Shown: positions 1-13,854, counted from the first letter of the stretch. The stretch is DNA of 64,000 nucleotides from Paraphysomonas bandaiensis (GCA_965644295.1 CBFFRP010000199.1:62001-126000); one strand, 5' to 3'. Program-made: numbers and translations. Notes: generated by a model from the sequence alone, not told the origin.

Positions 1-690
1 TACAGATCATCAAGAGAATGTTGATGACGCAACTGTTGGGGGCATTATTGCAGAGTCTGCTGGTGATGATGCTAAATCAGATAGTGGTAGTGCGTCTGGC
101 GTCGAATCGACAGATATAGATCACCATGAGAATGTTGATGGCCCAACTGTTGGGGGCATTATTGCAGAGTCAGCTAGTGATGATGGTGGCGATGGCGATG
201 ATGCTAAATCAGACAGTGATAATGTGTCCGGCGTCGTAACGACAGATACAGATCATCAAGAGAATGTTGATGGCCCAACTGTTGGGGGCACTATTGCAGA
301 GTCTGCTGGTGATGATGGTGGCGATGGCAATGATGTGAAATCAGACAGTGATAATGTGTCCGGCGTCGTAACGACAGATACAGATCATCAAGAGAATGTT
401 GATGACGCAACTGTTGGGGGCATTATTGCAGAGTCTGCTGGTGATAATGCTAAATCAGATAGTGGTAGTGCGTCTGGCGTCGAATCGACAGATATAGATC
501 ACCATGAGAATGTTGATGGCCCAACTGTTGGGGGCATTATTGCAGAGTCAGCTAGTGATGATGGTGGCGATGGCGATGGTGCTAAATTAGACAGCGCTAG
601 TGTGTCCGGCGTCGAATCGACAGATATAGATCATCAAGAGAATGTTGATGGCCCAACTGTTGGGGGCACTATTGCAGATACAGCTGATGC
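1..690 (+). repeat. Coding tandem repeat, 114/132-bp units (38/44 aa) with a 378-bp higher-order period
   Basis: GATCA(T/C)CA(A/T)GAGAATGTTGAT recurs at 5, 119, 251, 383, 497 and 629 (spacing 114, 132, 132, 114, 132). Confidence 0.95.
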
Positions 691-3600
691 GGATAGTGAA
701 GATGAGGATAGTTTGTATGGATGTGAAGCAATTGGCTGTACAATCAGAGATAGACGTGACCGAAAAGTAAATGGATGCGAACGACAATTACAGGGGTCGT
801 CGTTCAAAGGTGAGAATGATTCATACCTCCAGCGGGAGAGAAGTGATAGTGCGTATGGTATAGAATCTATGTGTGGGTTGTCATTATCGTCAGACCGAAA
901 TACGCTGAGTAGTCAGCAGGAATATACAGAGCAGCCCATGTATTATATATTTGATGGAAATAAGTGGAGAGGTGCTACAGAGGATTTAGTGGACACTGTA
1001 CCTCGGAGAGATATAAGTAATGCGCCAGGCATCGAAAGTAAAAGAGAAGAAATGGACAATGAGAGGTCGCCAGAAGTGAAAAGTTTGGAGAAAAGCTTTC
1101 GAGAAGTTTTGCAAGATGGAAAGAATGACCTAATTTCGGAGGATGAAGAGTGTGATGATGCGTCAGTAGCTTCGTCCCCAGTGGTAAAACACTGCAACAT
1201 TATAATTGAGCAGCTGGATGATCTTCGCAACTGGAAATATTCTGCAATTGAATCGCAACCTGGAAGGCCATTGGATACGTATGCGTGTACCGATGAATTA
1301 TATCGAGCGGCACGTGCTAAACAGACACATTCTTCACCACAGCGATTAGTGACGAATGTGTTGTCTTCTCAACACACAGTGAATTCAATAGGAATACCAG
1401 ATCGTAAAAGTTCGAAACCTTCACCTCCACTACGGCAAGCTACGTGGTCTACATCCCCTAGTAATATACCAGAAAAAATGAATATATATGATGCCCCCGT
1501 AATATCCGGTAGCATAGACCAGAAATATAAGCCACGCCATAGAGAGAGTGAGAAGAGTGTTTTCACAGCTCTACGGGATGAAAAATCCGGTGGTTCGTTA
1601 AAGGAGAATGAATATTCTACGCTTTCGCCTGAGTTCAAACCAGGAAGTACTACACATATTCAACCTAGGAGGTCTGGTCTTGACTCGAAACTGGGTACAG
1701 CTTTCATGGTTGATGGAAGAGATGATGCTGTCGACTCGCATATTATCAATAAATCATCTGAAAATGCATTAACTCCTGGAACTGGACACACAAATATACG
1801 ACCAAACGAGAAGCGAGATGTAACTTTCCCTACGACCGATTGCAATTCTCCAAGTCACCTGAGACAAATCCCATATCATGAGCAGCGTACCAGTGGTTCG
1901 GATTGTACTAGGGGTGAGAGGGCTTCCCGTCTTGATACACCATGTATGCTGGGTGGAGTAGATACAAGGGGCGGAAATAGTGAAAATAGTGATACGTATA
2001 ACGGCGCAACGAGCAGTGGTTGTTTTACATGCCAAACGACTCGTGCTGAATTGGATAGTGTGTGTTCTGGCTCCGAATTGGCGAATATGAATAGTAGTGG
2101 TGATAGTAGAAGTAGTAGTGGAAATCGACAGTGGAAAAGTAAACTTAGTGGTGAGGTTTTAAATGTTCATAATGAAATAGAGGCGGACGTTTTCACTCAC
2201 GGGATGAGATTACTAGAACATCGAAGTGAGAAAACCACAACGTATTGTGGAAGTAATTTGAAGCTTAAGAGTAAACCAGCAGCACCTTTGACCCCCCCTG
2301 GAACTCGAAGCAGTGATGTTGACACAGATTTCGGATTTTCTTATTCTATGTCACCTGGTAACAAAGGGTGTAGTGGAAATGAATTGACTGCAGGTCACAA
2401 AGATCATGTCAGTAATGCTTCTGAGAAAATCGAGGTTCGTGAGGAATACGTGGATGAAGATAAAATAGTAAACCATGAAACGTTGATATTGAGAAGTAAG
2501 CCTGCTCCCCGACTTACACCGCCGGGGTTGCATCGAGACAATAGTGGTGGAGATTCGAAATCGTTGAAAGACTCGAGCCCAACGAATGTCGATGTTGAGG
2601 GAAACGGTGATGGAGACAAATGTGAAAATATAGTCGAATTAAAATTTGGCGATAGCCCGACTGAAGGGTTTGATGAATTGACTGCAGGTCACAAAGATCA
2701 TGTCAGTAATGCTTCTGAGAAAATCGAGGTTCGTGAGGATTACGTGGATGAAGATATAATAATAAACCATGAAACGTTGATATTGAGAAGTAAGCCTGCT
2801 CCCCGACTTACACCGCCGGGGTTGCATCGAGACAATAGTGGTGGAGATTCGAAATCGTTGAAAGACTCGAGCCCAACGAATGTCGATGTTGAGGGAAAAG
2901 GTGATGGAGACAAATGTGAAAATAAAGCCGAATTAAAATTTGGCGATAGCCCGACTGAAGGATTTGATACCAGTGCCAAGTTTGATAGATTTGGGTCTAC
3001 CGGCGACAATGTATTTGATGACGAACCATCAGTTCCCCTGCAGCAGTTTGAACGAAACAAAAGAAGATCGCCTGATTTGGATTTATCATCTCCGCAACTT
3101 GATATCGGTAGATCGTCTTATTGTAAGAGTGGAACTATATTGCGGTCGCCAGAGGAAAATGTATCGGGCTGTGTTGTAGATTCTGCTCCTGTATCACCAG
3201 ACAATCGTGTACTGTTCACACGTAGCAATCCAGCGGCCCCGATATCTTACCCCAGTGGTGCCCTTGAAGTCACTAATACGTCATGTTCTGAAGATATCCC
3301 AGTGTGTTCAAATGAATTATCCCGACATTGCAAACCGTCTTCTGCGTCACCTGAGAGAGACGTCGTTCCCATAAAATCTCGTCGATCGAACCTTATGCTC
3401 TCATATACGTCGACCCAGCCTGCAACAGAGAGCAGCAATGTCAATAGCCAAATTGGGGTACGTCCGAAAGTAGATAAAGTGGACCCTAGAAGCGTACACA
3501 AAGATAAAATTGTAGTTGACGGTGTCCGAACTTCTAGAAAGTTATTATCCCTGACCTCAACCGCTGGTGACCCTGCAGTACCCCGAGTTTTAGATGACAC

Positions 3601-6600
3601 AGGTGATCATGTATATGAACCTGGAATGAAAAGAAGCCACAGCGAGTCAACAACGCCTTACCACACGGGTTTCGAGGAAAGACAAGGTCAACAAGCTCTT
3701 TTGGGACGGACTTCTGCTGAGAATGTCGCAGAAGATGTTGACGACGATTTTGACTTGGTTAACCTAGGTAGATTAATTGGCTTGTTTAAAGAAAGTAACT
3801 TGCAGAGAAAATCCGACAATGGTTCAAAGAAACCAAGTAACACAAACCATGTCAGTGACAAAGTGGAGATGGATGTTGACGAGTCGCAGCAGCAGGTATC
3901 AAGTCAAGAGTTATTTGATGACTCAATGTCACGACTGCAAATGGCTCAAAGTGTTACTATCGACGAGCGTGATATGTTTGACGAAAATATGGAAACTCCG
4001 GTTCATTTGACGCCGAGCAGGGTGCCGGGTTATCACATGCAAGACTCCAGACCAGCATTTTGGATAGGCACTCAGTCTCCCAAAAGAAATGCTGAGGGAC
4101 AATCAAAAGCTGATGATGTGTCTAAGGATGACATTGTGAGGCGCAGAATTCGAAAGGATGCTATTTCGGTATTCCGACAGTGTGATAATGATCGTGATGG
4201 TGCCTTGAGCTATTCTGAGTTCTGCATGTTTTTACATAAGTGTGGGTTTTTCTCGTCCTCTGATGTTGAAAAGTTATCATCTGAAAGCTTAGAGAAAATG
4301 AAACGTCCTGCACGTGGTTCTACCATGAAGCACCCACCCAAGACACCTTCGTATCGAGTTGCCGACTTACTGCGCAAGTCGTACTGCCTCGCCGATAGAC
4401 TGCGAGTACCTCCCAACCCAGCAGCTTCTGTGAGTTCGCCTTCGAAACGAAATTTGGTGGGTTCAATGTGTAATTGATACGTCGTGTGCATTAGTTTATT
4501 TGGTACTGTGTCCCATTTGCAGGTGCGCAATACATTTTCACTGAAAGATTTACGCCGAGTAGACATGGTTGATACTGTTTCTTTGGAAGCTGCTGTAAGA
4601 TTGCTGGAGTGTGTACAAGGATTTGAATCTTTCACGGACAAGGTTCTCAAGAATCTTATTGAAGAGCTGAAGGTGCGACGACGAATGAATTCGGTAAGTT
4701 TTATTTTGTCATTGCCCAGTTTGTATATTTGAAGCTTGTTCCCAGAAAGGAGAGCGGAAAGAGGTCACTCCACAATATACTCCATCGAAATCTGGAAAGC
4801 AGACTTCAACACATTCGAAGTTCCCTGGTCGAGGGGCCGCTTATGGTTTAGACTTACATGAGGTAATTATGTATATTGTGTTTTGTATCGGAAGTGATAT
4901 ATATCCAGACCCGGTCTGTTTACAAAGAGAGAAGATGGAAAAAATTGTTACATGAAGTAAATGAAAAAGTTGAACGTGAACTGTCATTTAGCCCTCGAAT
5001 TGGTCCACCACCACCTCCTCCGCATATTGGGCCTTCATGTGGAAGTTCCGTCACGTCTGGTGTAACTTCAGGCACAGGGTATTCATCTAGATATCGCCCA
5101 GCATATGAAAGGACTTTGAGTCCTCATCGTAGTCGTAAACGACGGAGTAAAGTATTCAATACAATTCCTTCGGACTATGCCTATGTGGAGAGAGAAAAAA
5201 TTCGACCCAGTGATCCTCGAACATCAGAAGAAATTGAAATAGAGGAACATTGTACGTTCAAGCCTAAGGCTGGACCAGAATGTCCGTTTGTAAGCACCCG
5301 AACGATTAACAAAGTCGCCGCACCGATCTCAAAGAAACCGCCGCCACCACCTCCGCCACCCTGTCCCCCGTCGGGAGAGGAACGATTCACTGGATCTGGT
5401 GGCATCAAATTAGAAGATGCTTTGCAAATGGAATTGGAGTCATTAGAATTGCGCCCAGGGGCCCCAATATATTACTATAACCCCTCCGCTTGTCCCCCAC
5501 CAATTCCACCTGTAATTATTCCCGATGCTCCTCCGTTACCCTCCTGGGCATGGATGCCGCCTAAAAAACAAGAAATAAAGATAAAGAAATCTGAACCGAA
5601 GAAAAGCGTTGCTAAATCGGATTCTGGTACTGGGTGGGGGTCATTATTGGCCGAGTTAAATGCGAAAATTAAAGGTACAGAAGGTGGCTTGCAGCTAAAA
5701 AAAGTCGAAACTAAAGTAGGAAAGTTGTCCATGAAGAAAAAAAAGAAGTCGAGGAAGCATGGGTTTACTGATGTTATTGATGAGCTGTCGTTTACGTTAG
5801 CAAAGCTGAAGCGTCGAGGGGAAGAGGGGTCAGATGAATCGGAGGAAGAGTCAGATGAAGAATCAGAAGGTGAGGAGCAGAAGTCACCAACTCCAGGGGT
5901 GATGTCTCCGGCAGACAAGTTGCGAGCCGGAATCACTGGTTTGCCTGCTCCAGTATCTCAGCCAGATGCTAGCGACGAGATGCCTGTAGAAGAAAAACCC
6001 GACCCCTCGACGCTTAAACCTGCCACATCACGGAATTCTCTGGCAGTGCCTAAAGCGCCATGTCTACCTGGAATGTCAGAGTGGGCAGAGCCTATAAAAG
6101 TGGACATTCTAAACGAAGAAGATTACGCAAAATTTCCGGAACCTCCGGGATATATAGATGCCGAACAGGGAAACCGCACTCGCCCAACTGGGTACTATAT
6201 TCCAGCACCTTCTTCCGACATGGTGAAGGGTGGTGATGTTATCCTGGCAGGTTACATTGGAGAGAAGGAAGAGCTGGACGAACAAGTACGTAAGCGTATG
6301 TTTAAAGTGATGCCAGTTAGTGGTGCAAAACCTTTACCACCGAGCGTGGCTAGACGCTTGAAAAAAGCAGATTCTCTAACTATGCCAAGAGCTTCTTTCG
6401 CCATGAGAGAGGGTATTGATTTAACAGGGATAAATGAAGTAGATGAAGAGTCATTTGATGGTTCTAGCATTGTATCTGTTGCCTTGAGAGATAAAATAAC
6501 ACCCGGAGATCTACCAGTCCCTGCATCGTATCACGAAAAAGTTGAATTTATTAAGAGTAATGTGCAAAAACGTCAACGGGACGATACAGTCAAGTGGAAA

Positions 6601-9600
6601 ACTGGAATGCGCAACTACGACAGCGACGAGGAGAAAAAGAAAGTGAGGGAACCTCCTCCTGATAAACCTACCCAGCCGACGGAATTTAGTTTTCCAACGT
6701 CACGGCGGAAAAAAGACAAAGTAATAACTTTTCGAAGACCTCCTGAGAGTACGTCACCACCACATAAGTTGCCGTTCGCTGGCTTTATTCGAGAGTCTGC
6801 GACTCTTAACAATCCTCAGGTATCGAGTTCTGTAGACTTAGGAACCAAATACTGGGCTTCGAATCTCCGAAAGGATTCTTCACGTCCCGCACCTTTCTTC
6901 GAGCCATATTGTGGAACAAAGGAAAAGGAAGAGGAGAAAAGAAAACTTGAAGAAGAGAGGGAGATTGCTCATGTGCATGAGTTGCTTGACAGATATGAGC
7001 AAGGGGAAGATGCTGTCATATCGAAAGGAGGCTGCCTCCGAAGTTATCCTGTAGTTCCACGTGGGAAAATTGAAGCTCCTAAACTGAAATACGGGGAACG
7101 TGCTGAGAAAAAGCGAATAAAAGAAGAACGACAACAGCAGGAAGCTATATTAAAACGACAGCGGGAAGAGTTTGAAGAAAAGAAAAGAAAACAGGTGTTG
7201 CGGAAGCGGGCTTTGCGTGTTGCTGAGGCTGTGAGAAAGGAGAGCTTTTCCAGCGGGGTAGGATTCAGTAGGAGTATCAACCATACATCAAGTTCCGGTA
7301 CTATGAATGACTCTTTTGTTCGGAGTATAGACAAAACTACCCAAAAGTATGCCGACAACTTGAAATTCAGTGGAGTCGACACAAATATATTGCAGGAAGC
7401 AAAGGGAAATTTTGTGAATTGGAAACAGATGCAGGAGGATCAGCATATTGAGGGCTCATCGGGGAAGAATTCATGTAGGGATAGTTTTGATGACATTGAC
7501 AGCATCAATAATCATTCTATTTATGAGCGTCCAGCAAATGATATTTTGGACAGTTATATGAGCAATTCAGACAATGACTCTGTTGGGCTTAGCAGCACAA
7601 AAGGTTTGGTTGTTGAGGTAGATTTGGCATCTGAGTGTGGCGGGAGGATGGAAGAAGACGAATTATGTGTGGAAGAGTATACAGAAACTCCTATGTGCTT
7701 TGAATTTAGAAAGCGGAATCGTAACCGTCGTAGTGGGTATATAACAGAGGATATTCCTGTGTATACTTCTCCTTCCCGTGCTAGCAATACTCCTACACCA
7801 CTGATGGTATTTGAAAATCGAAAAAAGAAGGCCGAAATCGAAATGAGGAGAAACGCTTTCGAGGAACCAGATGATGACTGCAGACTAGCCTTAGCAGTCA
7901 AGAGTGTTCCTCGAAGGGGTCGGCTCAGTGTTTTACCAGTTTGGAAGGGGTCCACATCCAGCTCTGGATTTGATGAGAGTGCTGCCAACAGAGTGAAGAT
8001 CCGTCGAATTGCAGGGGAAGAAGGAAGAGAGGGTGCCATTCTTCACAGGAAAAAGCTTCTATCCGCGCACCAAAGTAATAGTTCAGATGAATATACAGAA
8101 AGTGAAAACGAAGATCAGGAAAGCGAAGTTGCCATGGAGAATTTGAAGGACGAAAAGGTTGTGTCTGCCTTACCTCAAACTGTGCGTCCACAACAGAGCA
8201 TCGGTCAGCTTTTTGGGGAGATTGCTGATGATCAAAGTCTGCAGCGATTTTCAGAAAATGATGATGAATGGCAACCTGTCAGTGATTCCCACGTGAAAGT
8301 AAATCAAGCCTCTGTCGAACGTGAACAAATTGCAAGTGGAGATCATATTGATAGCAATGTCCCGGAGCGTCGGAGGACTTTGTCAATAATAGATTTGCAA
8401 AGTTCTGTCGATCACCAGGTATCTGGTGCTAACCGGAGGCGAAATAGTGTAGGGAATATGCCTTCTGCACTCCCAGAAAATGGTATCCGTAACGGTTCAA
8501 GGCTTTCTGCTGTGTTCTTATCTCAAAAAAGTGGTGATGACGACGCTCCTGATGGTGCGTATCCTGGTTCTTATGTTTCTACCGAACACGCACCCGACAA
8601 CTGTAGTGATAACGAAGGCAATAAATGTGATGAATTAGATGTTGAGCAAAAATATGTCGTTCCCACCAACAAAAAAACAATGAAGTGGACTCTTGGTAAT
8701 ATCGATGACCCTTCAATGAATCCAGCACAAATGATGATGAATATATCCGCCGCTCGAAAGACCTTGAAGAGCACTCCATCGAATCTTGGCAGTCAATCAA
8801 GTGGTAGGTTTGAATCGGAGGATAACCCTTCACCGGCTATGCGTAATAGAATTTTGTCAGAATCCGCCACCATGCCTGTCCCAGCAAGCACTGATGATTC
8901 AGATATGCAGCCAGTGCAACGAGTACCACCTCGACGCAGGAGTAGTATGTCTGCAGCAGAACTTAAAGATGCTGGAATTTCGTCTTCCGCCATTCAAACG
9001 TGGTTAGGAGTTGGCCGACCTTTGCATCGTAGTGTTACTGATAACGCATCTCCAGAAAACCTTAAGTCGACCAGTAATATTCCTGTCAGACATCACAGCT
9101 TACACGCAGCTGAAAAAGGCTCGAATCAACAAAGTTGTCTACCCAAACGGCGGAGCAGCTTATCTGTCATTCGTTCAAATAGTTCTCTCGTAAAACCATT
9201 TGATACTCAACATCAAAATTATCAACATGAGAGCACCAATAAGACACCATTTGCGGGTGATAGTTGTCGTACCGAGGAAAATAATGATCCAATGAATGGT
9301 GGATACACATGTGACTATACTTCTCATATAACTCATGTACAACGTGAAAGTAATTTAACCGTTGAATATGACGGTGATAGTCATGATTCAACGATTCAAC
9401 CATGTGAAGCTGGAGCTGACGTAAATGCAAAGTTTGAGGGAAGCGCGAAAGAACTTAATGAGAATGAAGGGGTCGTAAAAATTCCCTTCTCCATGAATTC
9501 AAGTGATGGTGGCCATATAGCTAGACGGAGCAGTGCGAATATTGTATCACATGCGCATGTTGAACAGAATGTGAGTTGTCCAAGTAGGCGTCGCAGCTTG

Positions 9601-10398
9601 TCATCGATAAGTATGGAAGATGTCGCCCCCCCAATGAAGGTTGTAGCAGAGTGGAAAGACAGCCCAAGTCAGCAGCGTCGAAGTCAAAATGATGTCGAAC
9701 TAGACAACGACGAGGCCGATACATATAGCACCGACCTCCTTCCGCCCAAAACACAACAACTTTTTTGTCATGACCCACAGCCTTCAAGTGCTGGGGCTGA
9801 CCAGTCCACTGCTGTTGGTGTCTGGGATGATCATACCCAACCGTCACCTGAATTGAGTGTGCGGTATGATAATGAAAACTATGGAACTCATGAAAGTTCT
9901 TTAGCTGTGCAGGATCTGCAACCTCAACTGCAAGAAGTGTATCAAGATAATTCCGTCCCTGAGTCGCCTTATCAGCGTGATTTATCAACTCAATCTGAGT
10001 ATACATCTTCCAAGCAGACGCCGCCTTTTCGTAGGAAGAGCTCAAGTCTAACGGTATCTCAGATGTATCCAGCTTCAGATCAACCAAACTACCCCAGACG
10101 GCGGCAAAGTATGTCGTCTATCTCATCGCAACCTTCAAATGCTTCAGATATGCAGACCAAAGAAGCTTATGGAGAAACGCCGATCGGAGATATGGACATG
10201 GCGAGTATTTCAGAGTCTAACTGGACCCGACCATTGAATATTGGCTCTGCCCGCCACAGTACTCTGAGTGATTTGCATAATATGAAAATGGCACTAGTGG
10301 AAAGGGAGAAACTGATGGGCCGCAGCAGGAGACAGACGGATGCAGTTTTGTCTGCCGCTGATAAATTGACAGCGTCGGAAATGTTGATGCTGTTGTAA
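1..10398 (+). CDS. Giant (>3400 aa, 5'-truncated) low-complexity protein with N-terminal acidic repeats, EF-hand, poly-Pro tracts, WH2/VCA-like module and coiled coil; exons <1-4456, 4523-4693, 4746-4862, 4909-10398
   Basis: Frame is open from base 2. Three GT..AG introns (4457-4522, 4694-4745, 4863-4908) join ORFs 224..4477, 4484..4732 and 4876..10398 in phase 0. EF-hand loop FRQCDNDRDGALSYSEF; motif SLLAELNAKIKGTEGGLQLKKV. Confidence 0.8.
2379..2968 (+). repeat. Near-identical in-frame tandem duplication of 294 bp (98 aa)
   Basis: GAATTGACTGCAGGTCACAAAGATC starts at 2381 and 2675; peptide ELTAGHKDHVSNASEKIEVRE...FGDSPTEGFD occurs twice. Confidence 0.95.
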
Positions 10399-10844
10399 AA
10401 TCTTTTCACAATGTAGTAATTTCTAGAATATAGTTTGAGTTTATTCTGTGTGTGACCAATATATTGTATTTTGCTAGCATCGTAATAATAGTTCATTTTA
10501 ATATGATGTGCTGTCAAACGGTAATTCGATTTTTTATGTACTTTGGTGGTACGTTGTTCTGTAGACTTTGAAATGAAGTGTAGATATTGCAATTTAAGGC
10601 TGGAAATGATGTGAGGACAAAGTTCGACAGTGATATATTTTTAGAGTTGTTTATTGCACAATTCTTTTAAACAACTCCATACACGTTAAGTACCATGTTC
10701 CATTGGGACGTTTTGATGAAAATCTCCATACTATGAAACTTAGTTTCTCATTCCAGCACTGATAATAAAGGATATATTTCCATTAAGTCCTACCTACAAC
10801 AGTTATGCTATTATGAACTCAGCATCATTAATTGCATGCTGAAT

Positions 10845-11140
10845 ACACAGGCTTCCGGGAATGGGCCCACCTCAACGGCATCCGGGGTATTGGGCTACCT
10901 GCTGAAGTCAAGCATCCGGGCCGTTTACCTTAAGGACTCAATAATCCTAAAGTCAGCATATATAAGGTATATCAATATTCTGCTCGCTCACTGAGTGATA
11001 GAGCGAATGCAGTTGCTCCTTAATGATTGCGGTGATGCACAAGCAGCTTTCGTAGCGGTAAATAGTAGGATAACAGAGTTAAGCACTAGTTAGTTAAATT
11101 GCAGTGCAAAATTAGTTCTGACTCTTAAACGCCAATCGCT
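10845..11140 (+). repeat. Dispersed ~280-bp repeat family, copy 1
   Basis: Aligns by eye to 37452-37725 (same strand) and to the reverse complement of 45533-45705. Shared blocks with copy 2: GGGTATTGGGCT, GAAGTCAAGCA, CCTTAAGGACTCAA, AGTTAAGCACTAGTTAGTTAAATTGCA. Confidence 0.85.
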
Positions 11141-11339
11141 AGTATCAAGACATTCACAACATAGTACACACTAACGGCGCCTGATTTTTTAATTATAGTC
11201 ACTTTTATACTTCAATCAATTAACCTGTGATGTTAGAGCTTAAACTCACAATATAATTTGGTCAATGTACAACACTTTTCATAGCATTAGAAGTCTAAAA
11301 TACTCTACTGACACTTTTCGGATTTGGCCAGCGAAGTCT

Positions 11340-13854
11340 TTATTTACAATCCTGTGATACCTCAATAAATTTTCGACTACAACTTTCAACAGCACGAACA
11401 ACATCAGCGCTAACATCATGAACTAACTGTTTTCTCAGATCAGTCAGTTTATCAGCCAACTTTAATACTTCGTGATTGCTAAGACGTAACGTATTCACTA
11501 AGTTCGCCATCTCTTCTCCCATGAACCCCCGGCTAAGCGCATCCAATGGACATACAGCAGGTGTTTCGCACGAAGATAACGCAGAGGTAGAGTTTATTGC
11601 AGGAAGAAAGCATCTAGAATGCTCACATGTTTGTAAAGCATGTGCAATTGCGCTAATAGGTGCTGCTATAGCTTGTATTTGGCTCACAGTTTGCTTAAAA
11701 TGCCCGTTCAGACTATTTGTCATGCCTTTGAGAATTGGTAAGCATGTAGAAGATAAAGTTTTCCATTTATCTAGATTTGCCTCGACTGTTTGATTACAGC
11801 GTAAGAGAGTATACAACTCAGAGCGACACCTGTCAGCTGCTCGTTGCATGCTGTTAGTCCACAACTTTCGGGTATCCAGCGCTTTAAAAGTCTGTGAACA
11901 GAACAGTTATACACATAAGTCCTCAATACTACTGAGCGAGTCATATATAATACATTCAATTACGCAGGCTTAGTTTCGTACCAATTCAATAAAAGTATCT
12001 AATCCAGTGGAACTTGAGCTCAAGGGCAAACTTCCATCAGTTGGAGTTGACAGCGGAGATAGAGGAGCCATACATGATGTCAATAGCAGCAAAGATCTGG
12101 ACTTCTTCCTCAAATCAGAAATTTTAATGTCAGTTGATACTTCTGTAATCACTGAGTCTAACCCAACAAAAGAAGAGTGTGATATATCACCGCCAACTTT
12201 GGTCAATTCAGCATTACTGTTGTCCGGCATCCCTGCCGACATCGAGTGAGAAACTTCAAAAGCACATTTGCTGAATTCGACGAGCTCTCTTTGTACCGCA
12301 TGAAGTCTTTTTATATCCAAAGCAATGCCCTCACTATCACCGCAACTCTCCATATCACGTTCAAATGTTGCCGTATGCATGCTCGCAGGCGGAAAGACAC
12401 CAAGAATTCGATGCAATTGTGCCTTCGACGAACCAGACGGAGCGTGACCTACGTTGTTGTCATCTGGAGAAGCAAACACGCTACGCGTAGAGCTAAACGA
12501 TCCACCTGCCAATGATGGCTTTTCTCGAGCAGTAGAAGTGTCGAATGCGCCGGAAGAAAGCGGGTTTCTTCTGACCTGGGAATTTGAGTGACAAGCAACA
12601 GTGGGGTGTACTGAAATAAAACCGGTAACGATCTGCCGAGCAGAACGTCTAGCTGACGTCCACTGGTGATGTAGTTCCTGTATTCGCGATTGCATGACTT
12701 GCCAGCCAGAAAATTCTTTGGTATAATCTGTTTGTGAGAAATCTTGTCGTATTAATGGCGGATTCCGTCGACCGCTGCTCCGCGATTGCGTTGATGTTCC
12801 CCGCACACTCCCCCCGCTTCGACTTCGGCGGACTTGAATTCGACTGTTGTGATTTTGCTGTACTTTCTCTCTTTCTATATCCTGGGATACTTCTTCGTTG
12901 GAATCTTCGACCTTGATTTTTCCAATACTGGCGACTTCCTCGACAGCTGATTTGAAATCTGTCATAAGTAAATCCATCTTAGCCTCCGTCTCATCACGAG
13001 CACAGATAGCCTCCTAAATACAATACACACATCACTACCTGTGTATTCATACTGGAGCATATATTGGTTACGAGAATCAATACCTGCAACGTTTTAAGGC
13101 TCTTGGAGAGCTGTTCATTGTGATGCTGCAACACAGCAAAAGATCGTTGTAGAACCTCATAGTCTCCTATCGTATTATCTTCCCCCTTGATAGGTCTATC
13201 AGGTGAAGTTACTTTCTGCTTTGGTCTAGGTGATGTGGGATTGGCTGCTTTACAAGCCAGTTTCTTAGCTGGTGTGCGGACACCTCGGGGTGTGGACTTC
13301 GGCGTTTTCGGGCCAGTCTGGGGACCCAGAAGGCCATCGTATCTAGAGGTTGTGTTATCCAGTAAGCTACTTGCATTCAAATCCAGTTTTGGTTTAGCCG
13401 CAGGAGATTTAATAGAATTTCGATTTTGATCACCACATATATCGATAATACCCACCTGCAACAAATGGGCCACAGCTTGCAGTTTAAATTGTAAATCATC
13501 ATGCATAGACTGTAGAGGATTAGAGAATGCTTCAGTTGCTGGTGGGAATCTTAAATCAATACAAGCTTGAAGAATAATCTCATAAAATTGATGACGATAT
13601 AATTCTTCAGCATGTTTACGATCATCACGTGTAGCATTTTGATTTCTTAATATATTATTTGTATGTATACGTTTATCATTTAAATCAGATAGTTTCTCTG
13701 CATGTAAACGTAAAGATAAAGAATGTTGTATTATAGATGTGAATATGATTCTTTGTGTTTTCCAATTAAATTCTTTTAAATCACTAACAGTTAGATTGTT
13801 GAAATCATCACTGAGATAGTATTGTAATTGTGATCTTAAACTAACTAAATCCAT
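11340..13854 (-). CDS. Hypothetical ~784-aa protein with coiled-coil segments; exons 13854-13084, 13013-11982, 11891-11340
   Basis: ORFs 12994..13854, 11970..12977 and 11340..11864 are joined in phase by GT..AG introns 13083-13014 and 11981-11892. Confidence 0.75.

Noticed and set aside
587-10592. Numerous antisense and alternate-frame ORFs overlapping the giant gene (and similarly TOP2, ABCC, Myb and the transposase)
   Set aside because: These are shadow ORFs of long coding exons with no independent support.
10850-10925. HDV-like ribozyme or Fanzor/TnpB omega-RNA within the dispersed repeat
   Set aside because: GCC-loop-GGC resembles P3/L3, but no convincing P1/P2/J4-2 could be built in both copies, and no RuvC-type ORF is adjacent.
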